Assembly: GCA_002269645.1 (NCBI GenBank)
Contig: NIVC01000654.1
Coordinates: forward strand, 1 to 63,548
From: Macrostomum lignano
Lineage: Eukaryota
Direction of reading: 5' to 3'
DNA length: 63,548 nucleotides
The notes under the pieces were generated by a model, which saw nothing but the letters and a program-made list of their open reading frames with translations, was not told the origin of the DNA and did not search any database. The first letter of the stretch is position 1, and each line of letters begins with the position of its first letter. Positions 15,001 to 30,000 of this stretch are shown piece after piece. A program made the position numbers and the translations under genes.

Positions 15001-18000
15001 CAATTGCTGATTGATTTTCCTGGATTTCCCTTATTTAAATACATAGAAATTTTCGGAATCGCCTTCGAATATCTGGAAAGCAGATTAAGCTAGAGACACG
15101 ATTCTTTCTGGGGAAGACAGGGACTGACACGCTCTAATGATCTGTAGAATCTCATATCTGAGTCTTCTAATACAGCTTGGCAATTGCTGATTGATTTTCG
15201 CGAATTTCCCATTTAAATGCATTGCAATTTTCTGGAATCGCCTTGAATGAATATCTGGAAAGCAGATTAAGCTAGAGACACGATTCTTTCTGGGAAGACA
15301 GGGACTGACACGCTCTAATGATCTGTAGAATCTCATATCTGAGTCTTCTAATACAGCTTGGCAATTGCTGATTGATTTTCGCGAATTTCCCATTTAAATG
15401 CATTGCAATTTTCTGGAATCGCCTTGAATGAATATCTGGAAAGCAGATTAAGCTAGAGACACGATTCTTTCTGGGAAGACAGGGACTGACACGCTCTAAT
15501 GATCTGTAGAATCTCATATCTGAGTCTTCTAATACAGCTTGGCAATTGCTGATTGATTTTCCGGATTTCCCATTTAAATGCATTGAATTTTCTGGAATCG
15601 CCTTGAATATCTGGAAAGCAGATTAAGCTAGAGACACGATTCTTTCTGGGGAAGACAGGGACTGACACGCTCTAATGATCTGTAGAATCTCATATCTGAG
15701 TCTTCTAATACAGCTTGGCAATTGCTGATTGATTTTCCGATTTCCCATTTAAATACATTGAAATTTTCTGGAATCGCCTTCGAATATCTGGAAAGCAGAT
15801 TAAGCTAGAGACACGATTCTTTCTGGGGAAGACAGGGACTGACACGCTCTAATGATCTGTAGAATCTCATATCTGAGTCTTCTAATACAGCTTGGCAATT
15901 GCTGATTGATTTTCGCGAATTTCACCATTTAAATGCATTGCAATTTTCTGGAATCGCCTTGAATGAATATCTGGAAAGCAGATTAAGCTAGAGACACGAT
16001 TCTTTCTGGGAAGACAGGGACTGACACGCTCTAATGATCTGTAGAATCTCATATCTGAGTCTTCTAATACAGCTTGGCAATTGCTGATTGATTTTCCGAT
16101 TTCCCATTTAAATGCATTGAATTTTCGGAATCGCCTTCGAATATCTGGAAAGCAGATTAAGCTAGAGACACGATTCTTTCTGGGAAGACAGGGACTGACA
16201 CGCTCTAATGATCTGTAGAATCTCATATCTGAGTCTTCTAATACAGCTTGGCAATTGCTGATTGATTTTCGCGATTTCCCATTTAAATGCATTGCAATTT
16301 TCTGGAATCGCCTTCGAATATCTGGAAAGCAGATTAAGCTAGAGACACGATTCTTTCTGGGAAGACAGGGACTGACACGCTCTAATGATCTGTAGAATCT
16401 CATATCTGAGTCTTCTAATACAGCTTGGCAATTGCTGATTGATTTTCGCGATTTCCCATTTAAATGCATTGCAATTTTCTGGAATCGCCTTCGAATATCT
16501 GGAAAGCAGATTAAGCTAGAGACACGATTCTTTCTGGGAAGACAGGGACTGACACGCTCTAATGATCTGTAGAATCTCATATCTGAGTCTTCTAATACAG
16601 CTTGGCAATTGCTGATTGATTTTCCTGGATTTCCCATTTAAATACATAGAAATTTTCCGGAATCTCCGCCTTCGAATATCTGGAAAGCAGATTAAGCTAG
16701 AGACACGATTCTTTCTGGGAAGACAGGGACTGACACGCTCTAATGATCTGTAGAATCTCATATCTGAGTCTTCTAATACAGCTTGGCAATTGCTGATTGA
16801 TTTTCGCGAATTTCACCATTTAATGCATTGCAATTTTCTGGAATCGCCTTGAATGAATATCTGGAAAGCAGATTAAGCTAGAGACACGATTCTTTCTGGG
16901 GAAGACAGGGACTGACACGCTCTAATGATCTGTAGAATCTCATATCTGAGTCTTCTAATACAGCTTGGCAATTGCTGATTGATTTTCCGGATTTCCCATT
17001 TAAATACATTGCAATTTTCTGGAATCGCCTTCGAATATCTGGAAAGCAGATTAAGCTAGAGACACGATTCTTTCTGGGAAGACAGGGACTGACACGCTCT
17101 AATGATCTGTAGAATCTCATATCTGAGTCTTCTAATACAGCTTGGCAATTGCTGATTGATTTTCCTGGATTTCCCATTTAAATACATAGAAATTTTCCGG
17201 AATCGCCTTCGAATATCTGGAAAGCAGATTAAGCTAGAGACACGATTCTTTCTGGGAAGACAGGGACTGACACGCTCTAATGATCTGTAGAATCTCATAT
17301 CTGAGTCTTCTAATACAGCTTGGCAATTGCTGATTGATTTTCGCGATTTCCCATTTAAATGCATTGCAATTTTCTGGAATCGCCTTCGAATGAATATCTG
17401 GAAAGCAGATTAAGCTAGAGACACGATTCTTTCTGGGGAAGACAGGGACTGACACGCTCTAATGATCTGTAGAATCTCATATCTGAGTCTTCTAATACAG
17501 CTTGGCAATTGCTGATTGATTTTCGCGAATTTCACCATTTAAATGCATTGCAATTTTCTGGAATCGCCTTTTTGAATGAATATCTGGAAAGCAGATTAAG
17601 CTAGAGACACGATTCTTTCTGGGGAAGACAGGGACTGACACGCTCTAATGATCTGTAGAATCTCATATCTGAGTCTTCTAATACAGCTTGGCAATTGCTG
17701 ATTGATTTTCCTGGATTTCCCATTTAAATACATTGAAATTTTCTGGAATCGCCTTCGAATATCTGGAAAGCAGATTAAGCTAGAGACACGATTCTTTCTG
17801 GGAAGACAGGGACTGACACGCTCTAATGATCTGTAGAATCTCATATCTGAGTCTTCTAATACAGCTTGGCAATTGCTGATTGATTTTCGCGAATTTCACC
17901 ATTTAATGCATTGCAATTTTCTGGAATCGCCTTTTGAATGAATATCTGGAAAGCAGATTAAGCTAGAGACACGATTCTTTCTGGGGAAGACAGGGACTGA

Positions 18001-21000
18001 CACGCTCTAATGATCTGTAGAATCTCATATCTGAGTCTTCTAATACAGCTTGGCAATTGCTGATTGATTTTCCGGATTTCCCTTATTTAAATACATTGAA
18101 ATTTTCCGGAATCGCCTTCGAATATCTGGAAAGCAGATTAAGCTAGAGACACGATTCTTTCTGGGGAAGACAGGGACTGACACGCTCTAATGATCTGTAG
18201 AATCTCATATCTGAGTCTTCTAATACAGCTTGGCAATTGCTGATTGATTTTCCTGGATTTCCCTTATTTAAATACATAGAAATTTTCCGGAATCGCCTTC
18301 GAATATCTGGAAAGCAGATTAAGCTAGAGACACGATTCTTTCTGGGGAAGACAGGGACTGACACGCTCTAATGATCTGTAGAATCTCATATCTGAGTCTT
18401 CTAATACAGCTTGGCAATTGCTGATTGATTTTCGCGATTTCCCATTTAAATGCATTGCAATTTTCTGGAATCGCCTTCGAATGAATATCTGGAAAGCAGA
18501 TTAAGCTAGAGACACGATTCTTTCTGGGAAGACAGGGACTGACACGCTCTAATGATCTGTAGAATCTCATATCTGAGTCTTCTAATACAGCTTGGCAATT
18601 GCTGATTGATTTTCGCGAATTTCACCATTTAAATGCATTGCAATTTTCTGGAATCGCCTTTTTGAATGAATATCTGGAAAGCAGATTAAGCTAGAGACAC
18701 GATTCTTTCTGGGGAAGACAGGGACTGACACGCTCTAATGATCTGTAGAATCTCATATCTGAGTCTTCTAATACAGCTTGGCAATTGCTGATTGATTTTC
18801 CTGGATTTCCCTTATTTAAATACATAGAAATTTTCCGGAATCTCCGCCTTCGAATATCTGGAAAGCAGATTAAGCTAGAGACACGATTCTTTCTGGGAAG
18901 ACAGGGACTGACACGCTCTAATGATCTGTAGAATCTCATATCTGAGTCTTCTAATACAGCTTGGCAATTGCTGATTGATTTTCGCGAATTTCACCATTTA
19001 AATGCATTGCAATTTTCTGGAATCGCCTTTTTGAATGAATATCTGGAAAGCAGATTAAGCTAGAGACACGATTCTTTCTGGGAAGACAGGGACTGACACG
19101 CTCTAATGATCTGTAGAATCTCATATCTGAGTCTTCTAATACAGCTTGGCAATTGCTGATTGATTTTCCGGATTTCCCATTTAAATGCATTGCAATTTTC
19201 TGGAATCGCCTTCGAATATCTGGAAAGCAGATTAAGCTAGAGACACGATTCTTTCTGGGAAGACAGGGACTGACACGCTCTAATGATCTGTAGAATCTCA
19301 TATCTGAGTCTTCTAATACAGCTTGGCAATTGCTGATTGATTTTCGCGAATTTCACCATTTAAATGCATTGCAATTTTCTGGAATCGCCTTTTTGAATGA
19401 ATATCTGGAAAGCAGATTAAGCTAGAGACACGATTCTTTCTGGGAAGACAGGGACTGACACGCTCTAATGATCTGTAGAATCTCATATCTGAGTCTTCTA
19501 ATACAGCTTGGCAATTGCTGATTGATTTTCCGGATTTCCCATTTAAATACATTGAAATTTTCCGGAATCTCCGCCTTCGAATATCTGGAAAGCAGATTAA
19601 GCTAGAGACACGATTCTTTCTGGGAAGACAGGGACTGACACGCTCTAATGATCTGTAGAATCTCATATCTGAGTCTTCTAATACAGCTTGGCAATTGCTG
19701 ATTGATTTTCGCGAATTTCCCATTTAAATGCATTGCAATTTTCTGGAATCGCCTTGAATGAATATCTGGAAAGCAGATTAAGCTAGAGACACGATTCTTT
19801 CTGGAAAGACAGGGACTGACACGCTCTAATGATCTGTAGAATCTCATATCTGAGTCTTCTAATACAGCTTGGCAATTGCTGATTGATTTTCCTGGATTTC
19901 CCTTATTTAAATACATAGAAATTTTCCGGAATCTCCGCCTTCGAATATCTGGAAAGCAGATTAAGCTAGAGACACGATTCTTTCTGGGAAGACAGGGACT
20001 GACACGCTCTAATGATCTGTAGAATCTCATATCTGAGTCTTCTAATACAGCTTGGCAATTGCTGATTGATTTTCGCGATTTCCCATTTAAATATTGCAAT
20101 TTTCTGGAATCGCCTTCGAATAATATCTGGAAAGCAGATTAAGCTAGAGACACGATTCTTTCTGGGAAGACAGGGACTGACACGCTCTAATGATCTGTAG
20201 AATCTCATATCTGAGTCTTCTAATACAGCTTGGCAATTGCTGATTGATTTTCGCGATTTCCCATTTAAATGCATTGCAATTTTCTGGAATCGCCTTCGAA
20301 TATATGGAAAGCAGATTAAGCTAGAGACACGATTCTTTCTGGGGAAGACAGGGACTGACACGCTCTAATGATCTGTAGAATCTCATATCTGAGTCTTCTA
20401 ATACAGCTTGGCAATTGCTGATTGATTTTCCTGGATTTCCCTTATTTAAATACATAGAAATTTTCCGGAATCTCCGCCTTCGAATATCTGGAAAGCAGAT
20501 TAAGCTAGAGACACGATTCTTTCTGGGAAGACAGGGACTGACACGCTCTAATGATCTGTAGAATCTCATATCTGAGTCTTCTAATACAGCTTGGCAATTG
20601 CTGATTGATTTTCGCGATTTCACCATTTAAATGCATTGCAATTTTCTGGAATCGCCTTTTTGAATGAATATCTGGAAAGCAGATTAAGCTAGAGACACGA
20701 TTCTTTCTGGGGAAGACAGGGACTGACACGCTCTAATGATCTGTAGAATCTCATATCTGAGTCTTCTAATACAGCTTGGCAATTGCTGATTGATTTTCGC
20801 GATTTCCCATTTAAATGCATTGAATTTTCGGAATCGCCTTCGAATATCTGGAAAGCAGATTAAGCTAGAGACACGATTCTTTCTGGGAAGACAGGGACTG
20901 ACACGCTCTAATGATCTGTAGAATCTCATATCTGAGTCTTCTAATACAGCTTGGCAATTGCTGATTGATTTTCCGATTTCCCATTTAAATGCATTGAATT

Positions 21001-24000
21001 TTCCGGAATCTCCGCCTTCGAATATCTGGAAAGCAGATTAAGCTAGAGACACGATTCTTTCTGGGAAGACAGGGACTGACACGCTCTAATGATCTGTAGA
21101 ATCTCATATCTGAGTCTTCTAATACAGCTTGGCAATTGCTGATTGATTTTCGCGAATTTCACCATTTAAATGCATTGCAATTTTCTGGAATCGCCTTTTT
21201 GAATGAATATCTGGAAAGCAGATTAAGCTAGAGACACGATTCTTTCTGGGAAGACAGGGACTGACACGCTCTAATGATCTGTAGAATCTCATATCTGAGT
21301 CTTCTAATACAGCTTGGCAATTGCTGATTGATTTTCGCGAATTTCACCATTTAAATGCATTGCAATTTTCTGGAATCGCCTTTTTGAATGAATATCTGGA
21401 AAGCAGATTAAGCTAGAGACACGATTCTTTCTGGGAAGACAGGGACTGACACGCTCTAATGATCTGTAGAATCTCATATCTGAGTCTTCTAATACAGCTT
21501 GGCAATTGCTGATTGATTTTCCTGATTTCCCTTATTTAAATACATTGAATTTTCCGGAATCTCCGCCTTCGAATATCTGGAAAGCAGATTAAGCTAGAGA
21601 CACGATTCTTTCTGGGAAGACAGGGACTGACACGCTCTAATGATCTGTAGAATCTCATATCTGAGTCTTCTAATACAGCTTGGCAATTGCTGATTGATTT
21701 TCGCGAATTTCACCATTTAAATGCATTGCAATTTTCTGGAATCGCCTTTTTGAATGAATATCTGGAAAGCAGATTAAGCTAGAGACACGATTCTTTCTGG
21801 GAAGACAGGGACTGACACGCTCTAATGATCTGTAGAATCTCATATCTGAGTCTTCTAATACAGCTTGGCAATTGCTGATTGATTTTCGCGATTTCCCATT
21901 TAAATGCATTGCAATTTTCCGGAATCGCCTTCGAATATATCTGGAAAGCAGATTAAGCTAGAGACACGATTCTTTCTGGGAAGACAGGGACTGACACGCT
22001 CTAATGATCTGTAGAATCTCATATCTGAGTCTTCTAATACAGCTTGGCAATTGCTGATTGATTTTCGCGATTTCCCATTTAAATACATTGCAATTTTCTG
22101 GAATCGCCTTCGAATATCTGGAAAGCAGATTAAGCTAGAGACACGATTCTTTCTGGGGAAGACAGGGACTGACACGCTCTAATGATCTGTAGAATCTCAT
22201 ATCTGAGTCTTCTAATACAGCTTGGCAATTGCTGATTGATTTTCCTGGATTTCCCTTATTTAAATACATAGAATTTTCCGGAATCTCCGCCTTCGAATAT
22301 CTGGAAAGCAGATTAAGCTAGAGACACGATTCTTTCTGGGAAGACAGGGACTGACACGCTCTAATGATCTGTAGAATCTCATATCTGAGTCTTCTAATAC
22401 AGCTTGGCAATTGCTGATTGATTTTCGCGAATTTCACCATTTAATGCATTGCAATTTTCTGGAATCGCCTTTTTGAATGAATATCTGGAAAGCAGATTAA
22501 GCTAGAGACACGATTCTTTCTGGGAAGACAGGGACTGACACGCTCTAATGATCTGTAGAATCTCATATCTGAGTCTTCTAATACAGCTTGGCAATTGCTG
22601 ATTGATTTTCCTGGATTTCCCTTATTTAAATACATAGAAATTTTCCGGAATCTCCGCCTTCGAATATCTGGAAAGCAGATTAAGCTAGAGACACGATTCT
22701 TTCTGGGAAGACAGGGACTGACACGCTCTAATGATCTGTAGAATCTCATATCTGAGTCTTCTAATACAGCTTGGCAATTGCTGATTGATTTTCGCGAATT
22801 TCACCATTTAATGCATTGCAATTTTCTGGAATCGCCTTTTTGAATGAATATCTGGAAAGCAGATTAAGCTAGAGACACGATTCTTTCTGGGGAAGACAGG
22901 GACTGACACGCTCTAATGATCTGTAGAATCTCATATCTGAGTCTTCTAATACAGCTTGGCAATTGCTGATTGATTTTCCTGGATTTCCCATTTAAATACA
23001 TTGAATTTTCGGAATCTCCGCCTTCGAATATCTGGAAAGCAGATTAAGCTAGAGACACGATTCTTTCTGGGAAGACAGGGACTGACACGCTCTAATGATC
23101 TGTAGAATCTCATATCTGAGTCTTCTAATACAGCTTGGCAATTGCTGATTGATTTTCGCGAATTTCCCATTTAAATGCATTGCAATTTTCTGGAATCGCC
23201 TTTTGAATGAATATCTGGAAAGCAGATTAAGCTAGAGACACGATTCTTTCTGGGAAGACAGGGACTGACACGCTCTAATGATCTGTAGAATCTCATATCT
23301 GAGTCTTCTAATACAGCTTGGCAATTGCTGATTGATTTTCCTGGATTTCCCATTTAAATACATTGAATTTTCCGGAATCTCCGCCTTCGAATATCTGGAA
23401 AGCAGATTAAGCTAGAGACACGATTCTTTCTGGGAAGACAGGGACTGACACGCTCTAATGATCTGTAGAATCTCATATCTGAGTCTTCTAATACAGCTTG
23501 GCAATTGCTGATTGATTTTCGCGAATTTCCCATTTAAATGCATTGCAATTTTCTGGAATCGCCTTGAATGAATATCTGGAAAGCAGATTAAGCTAGAGAC
23601 ACGATTCTTTCTGGGGAAGACAGGGACTGACACGCTCTAATGATCTGTAGAATCTCATATCTGAGTCTTCTAATACAGCTTGGCAATTGCTGATTGATTT
23701 TCCGATTTCCCATTTAAATGCATTGCAATTTTCTGGAATCGCCTTCGAATGATATCTGGAAAGCAGATTAAGCTAGAGACACGATTCTTTCTGGGAAGAC
23801 AGGGACTGACACGCTCTAATGATCTGTAGAATCTCATATCTGAGTCTTCTAATACAGCTTGGCAATTGCTGATTGATTTTCCGATTTCCCATTTAAATAC
23901 ATAGAAATTTTCCGGAATCTCCGCCTTCGAATATCTGGAAAGCAGATTAAGCTAGAGACACGATTCTTTCTGGGGAAGACAGGGACTGACACGCTCTAAT

Positions 24001-27000
24001 GATCTGTAGAATCTCATATCTGAGTCTTCTAATACAGCTTGGCAATTGCTGATTGATTTTCGCGATTTCCCATTTAAATGCATTGCAATTTTCTGGAATC
24101 GCCTTCGAATGAATATCTGGAAAGCAGATTAAGCTAGAGACACGATTCTTTCTGGGAAGACAGGGACTGACACGCTCTAATGATCTGTAGAATCTCATAT
24201 CTGAGTCTTCTAATACAGCTTGGCAATTGCTGATTGATTTTCCTGATTTCCCATTTAAATGCATTGCAATTTTCCGGAATCGCCTTCGAATATCTGGAAA
24301 GCAGATTAAGCTAGAGACACGATTCTTTCTGGGGAAGACAGGGACTGACACGCTCTAATGATCTGTAGAATCTCATATCTGAGTCTTCTAATACAGCTTG
24401 GCAATTGCTGATTGATTTTCCTGGATTTCCCATTTAAATGCATTGCAATTTTCTGGAATCGCCTTCGAATATCTGGAAAGCAGATTAAGCTAGAGACACG
24501 ATTCTTTCTGGGGAAGACAGGGACTGACACGCTCTAATGATCTGTAGAATCTCATATCTGAGTCTTCTAATACAGCTTGGCAATTGCTGATTGATTTTCG
24601 CGATTTCCCATTTAAATACATTGAATTTTCTGGAATCGCCTTCGAATGAATATCTGGAAAGCAGATTAAGCTAGAGACACGATTCTTTCTGGGGAAGACA
24701 GGGACTGACACGCTCTAATGATCTGTAGAATCTCATATCTGAGTCTTCTAATACAGCTTGGCAATTGCTGATTGATTTTCGCGAATTTCCCATTTAAATG
24801 CATTGCAATTTTCTGGAATCGCCTTTTTGAATGAATATCTGGAAAGCAGATTAAGCTAGAGACACGATTCTTTCTGGGAAGACAGGGACTGACACGCTCT
24901 AATGATCTGTAGAATCTCATATCTGAGTCTTCTAATACAGCTTGGCAATTGCTGATTGATTTTCGCGAATTTCACCATTTAAATGCATTGCAATTTTCTG
25001 GAATCGCCTTTTTGAATGAATATCTGGAAAGCAGATTAAGCTAGAGACACGATTCTTTCTGGGAAGACAGGGACTGACACGCTCTAATGATCTGTAGAAT
25101 CTCATATCTGAGTCTTCTAATACAGCTTGGCAATTGCTGATTGATTTTCCTGGATTTCCCATTTAAATACATAGAAATTTTCTGGAATCGCCTTCGAATA
25201 TCTGGAAAGCAGATTAAGCTAGAGACACGATTCTTTCTGGGAAGACAGGGACTGACACGCTCTAATGATCTGTAGAATCTCATATCTGAGTCTTCTAATA
25301 CAGCTTGGCAATTGCTGATTGATTTTCCGATTTCCCATTTAAATGCATTGCAATTTTCTGGAATCGCCTTTTTGAATATCTGGAAAGCAGATTAAGCTAG
25401 AGACACGATTCTTTCTGGGAAGACAGGGACTGACACGCTCTAATGATCTGTAGAATCTCATATCTGAGTCTTCTAATACAGCTTGGCAATTGCTGATTGA
25501 TTTTCGCGAATTTCACCATTTAAATGCATTGCAATTTTCTGGAATCGCCTTTTTGAATGAATATCTGGAAAGCAGATTAAGCTAGAGACACGATTCTTTC
25601 TGGGAAGACAGGGACTGACACGCTCTAATGATCTGTAGAATCTCATATCTGAGTCTTCTAATACAGCTTGGCAATTGCTGATTGATTTTCCTGATTTCCC
25701 ATTTAAATACATTGAAATTTTCCGGAATCTCCGCCTTCGAATATCTGGAAAGCAGATTAAGCTAGAGACACGATTCTTTCTGGGAAGACAGGGACTGACA
25801 CGCTCTAATGATCTGTAGAATCTCATATCTGAGTCTTCTAATACAGCTTGGCAATTGCTGATTGATTTTCGCGAATTTCACCATTTAATGCATTGCAATT
25901 TTCTGGAATCGCCTTGAATGAATATCTGGAAAGCAGATTAAGCTAGAGACACGATTCTTTCTGGAAAGACAGGGACTGACACGCTCTAATGATCTGTAGA
26001 ATCTCATATTTGAGTCTTCTAATACAGCTTGGCAATTGCTGATTGATTTTCCTGGATTTCCCTTATTTAAATACATAGAAATTTTCCGGAATCGCCTTCG
26101 AATATCTGGAAAGCAGATTAAGCTAGAGACACGATTCTTTCTGGGAAGACAGGGACTGACACGCTCTAATGATCTGTAGAATCTCATATCTGAGTCTTCT
26201 AATACAGCTTGGCAATTGCTGATTGATTTTCGCGATTTCCCATTTAAATGCATTGCAATTTTCTGGAATCGCCTTGAATGAATATCTGGAAAGCAGATTA
26301 AGCTAGAGACACGATTCTTTCTGGGAAGACAGGGACTGACACGCTCTAATGATCTGTAGAATCTCATATCTGAGTCTTCTAATACAGCTTGGCAATTGCT
26401 GATTGATTTTCGGATTTCCCATTTAAATGCATTGAATTTTCTGGAATCGCCTTCGAATATCTGGAAAGCAGATTAAGCTAGAGACACGATTCTTTCTGGG
26501 AAGACAGGGACTGACACGCTCTAATGATCTGTAGAATCTCATATCTGAGTCTTCTAATACAGCTTGGCAATTGCTGATTGATTTTCGCGATTTCATTTAA
26601 ATGCATTGCAATTTTCTGGAATCGCCTTTTTGAATGAATATCTGGAAAGCAGATTAAGCTAGAGACACGATTCTTTCTGGGGAAGACAGGGACTGACACG
26701 CTCTAATGATCTGTAGAATCTCATATCTGAGTCTTCTAATACAGCTTGGCAATTGCTGATTGATTTTCCGATTTCCCTTTTTAAATGCATAGAATTTTCC
26801 GGAATCGCCTTCGAATATCTGGAAAGCAGATTAAGCTAGAGACACGATTCTTTCTGGGGAAGACAGGGACTGACACGCTCTAATGATCTGTAGAATCTCA
26901 TATCTGAGTCTTCTAATACAGCTTGGCAATTGCTGATTGATTTTCCGGATTTCCCATTTAAATGCATTGAATTTTCTGGAATCGCCTTCGAATATCTGGA

Positions 27001-30000
27001 AAGCAGATTAAGCTAGAGACACGATTCTTTCTGGGGAAGACAGGGACTGACACGCTCTAATGATCTGTAGAATCTCATATCTGAGTCTTCTAATACAGCT
27101 TGGCAATTGCTGATTGATTTTCGCGAATTTCCCATTTAAATGCATTGCAATTTTCTGGAATCGCCTTTTTGAATGAATATCTGGAAAGCAGATTAAGCTA
27201 GAGACACGATTCTTTCTGGGAAGACAGGGACTGACACGCTCTAATGATCTGTAGAATCTCATATCTGAGTCTTCTAATACAGCTTGGCAATTGCTGATTG
27301 ATTTTCGCGAATTTCACCATTTAAATGCATTGCAATTTTCTGGAATCGCCTTTTTGAATGAATATCTGGAAAGCAGATTAAGCTAGAGACACGATTCTTT
27401 CTGGGAAGACAGGGACTGACACGCTCTAATGATCTGTAGAATCTCATATCTGAGTCTTCTAATACAGCTTGGCAATTGCTGATTGATTTTCCTGATTTCC
27501 CATTTAAATACATTGAAATTTTCCGGAATCGCCTTCGAATATCTGGAAAGCAGATTAAGCTAGAGACACGATTCTTTCTGGGAAGACAGGGACTGACACG
27601 CTCTAATGATCTGTAGAATCTCATATCTGAGTCTTCTAATACAACTTGGCAATTGCTGATTGATTTTCGCGAATTTCACCATTTAAATGCATTGCAATTT
27701 TCTGGAATCGCCTTCGAATGAATATCTGGAAAGCAGATTAAGCTAGAGACACGATTCTTTCTGGGAAGACAGGGACTGACACGCTCTAATGATCTGTAGA
27801 ATCTCATATCTGAGTCTTCTAATACAGCTTGGCAATTGCTGATTGATTTTCCGATTTCCCATTTAAATGCATTGAATTTTCTGGAATCGCCTTCGAATAT
27901 CTGGAAAGCAGATTAAGCTAGAGACACGATTCTTTCTGGGAAGACAGGGACTGACACGCTCTAATGATCTGTAGAATCTCATATCTGAGTCTTCTAATAC
28001 AGCTTGGCAATTGCTGATTGATTTTCCGATTTCCCTTATTTAAATACATAGAAATTTTCCGGAATCGCCTTCGAATATCTGGAAAGCAGATTAAGCTAGA
28101 GACACGATTCTTTCTGGGAAGACAGGGACTGACACGCTCTAATGATCTGTAGAATCTCATATCTGAGTCTTCTAATACAGCTTGGCAATTGCTGATTGAT
28201 TTTCGCGAATTTCCCATTTAAATGCATTGCAATTTTCTGGAATCGCCTTCGAATATCTGGAAAGCAGATTAAGCTAGAGACACGATTCTTTCTGGGGAAG
28301 ACAGGGACTGACACGCTCTAATGATCTGTAGAATCTCATATCTGAGTCTTCTAATACAGCTTGGCAATTGCTGATTGATTTTCGCGAATTTCACCATTTA
28401 AATGCATTGCAATTTTCTGGAATCGCCTTTTGAATGAATATCTGGAAAGCAGATTAAGCTAGAGACACGATTCTTTCTGGGGAAGACAGGGACTGACACG
28501 CTCTAATGATCTGTAGAATCTCATATCTGAGTCTTCTAATACAGCTTGGCAATTGCTGATTGATTTTCGCGATTTCCCATTTAAATGCATTGAATTTTCT
28601 GGAATCGCCTTCGAATATCTGGAAAGCAGATTAAGCTAGAGACACGATTCTTTCTGGGGAAGACAGGGACTGACACGCTCTAATGATCTGTAGAATCTCA
28701 TATCTGAGTCTTCTAATACAGCTTGGCAATTGCTGATTGATTTTCGCGATTTCCCATTTAAATGCATTGCAATTTTCTGGAATCGCCTTCGAATGAATAT
28801 CTGGAAAGCAGATTAAGCTAGAGACACGATTCTTTCTGGGAAGACAGGGACTGACACGCTCTAATGATCTGTAGAATCTCATATCTGAGTCTTCTAATAC
28901 AGCTTGGCAATTGCTGATTGATTTTCGGATTTCCCATTTAAATGCATTGAATTTTCTGGAATCGCCTTGAATATCTGGAAAGCAGATTAAGCTAGAGACA
29001 CGATTCTTTCTGGGAAGACAGGGACTGACACGCTCTAATGATCTGTAGAATCTCATATCTGAGTCTTCTAATACAGCTTGGCAATTGCTGATTGATTTTC
29101 GCGAATTTCCCATTTAATGCATTGCAATTTTCTGGAATCGCCTTTTTGAATGAATATCTGGAAAGCAGATTAAGCTAGAGACACGATTCTTTCTGGGAAG
29201 ACAGGGACTGACACGCTCTAATGATCTGTAGAATCTCATATCTGAGTCTTCTAATACAGCTTGGCAATTGCTGATTGATTTTCCGATTTCCCTTATTTAA
29301 ATACATTGAAATTTTCCGGAATCTCCGCCTTCGAATATCTGGAAAGCAGATTAAGCTAGAGACACGATTCTTTCTGGGAAGACAGGGACTGACACGCTCT
29401 AATGATCTGTAGAATCTCATATCTGAGTCTTCTAATACAGCTTGGCAATTGCTGATTGATTTTCCGATTTCCCATTTAAATACATTGAATTTTCTGGAAT
29501 CGCCTTCGAATATCTGGAAAGCAGATTAAGCTAGAGACACGATTCTTTCTGGGGAAGACAGGGACTGACACGCTCTAATGATCTGTAGAATCTCATATCT
29601 GAGTCTTCTAATACAGCTTGGCAATTGCTGATTGATTTTCGCGAATTTCACCATTTAAATGCATTGCAATTTTCTGGAATCGCCTTCGAATGAATATCTG
29701 GAAAGCAGATTAAGCTAGAGACACGATTCTTTCTGGGGAAGACAGGGACTGACACGCTCTAATGATCTGTAGAATCTCATATCTGAGTCTTCTAATACAG
29801 CTTGGCAATTGCTGATTGATTTTCGCGAATTTCACCATTTAAATGCATTGCAATTTTCTGGAATCGCCTTTTTGAATGAATATCTGGAAAGCAGATTAAG
29901 CTAGAGACACGATTCTTTCTGGAAAGACAGGGACTGACACGCTCTAATGATCTGTAGAATCTCATATCTGAGTCTTCTAATACAGCTTGGCAATTGCTGA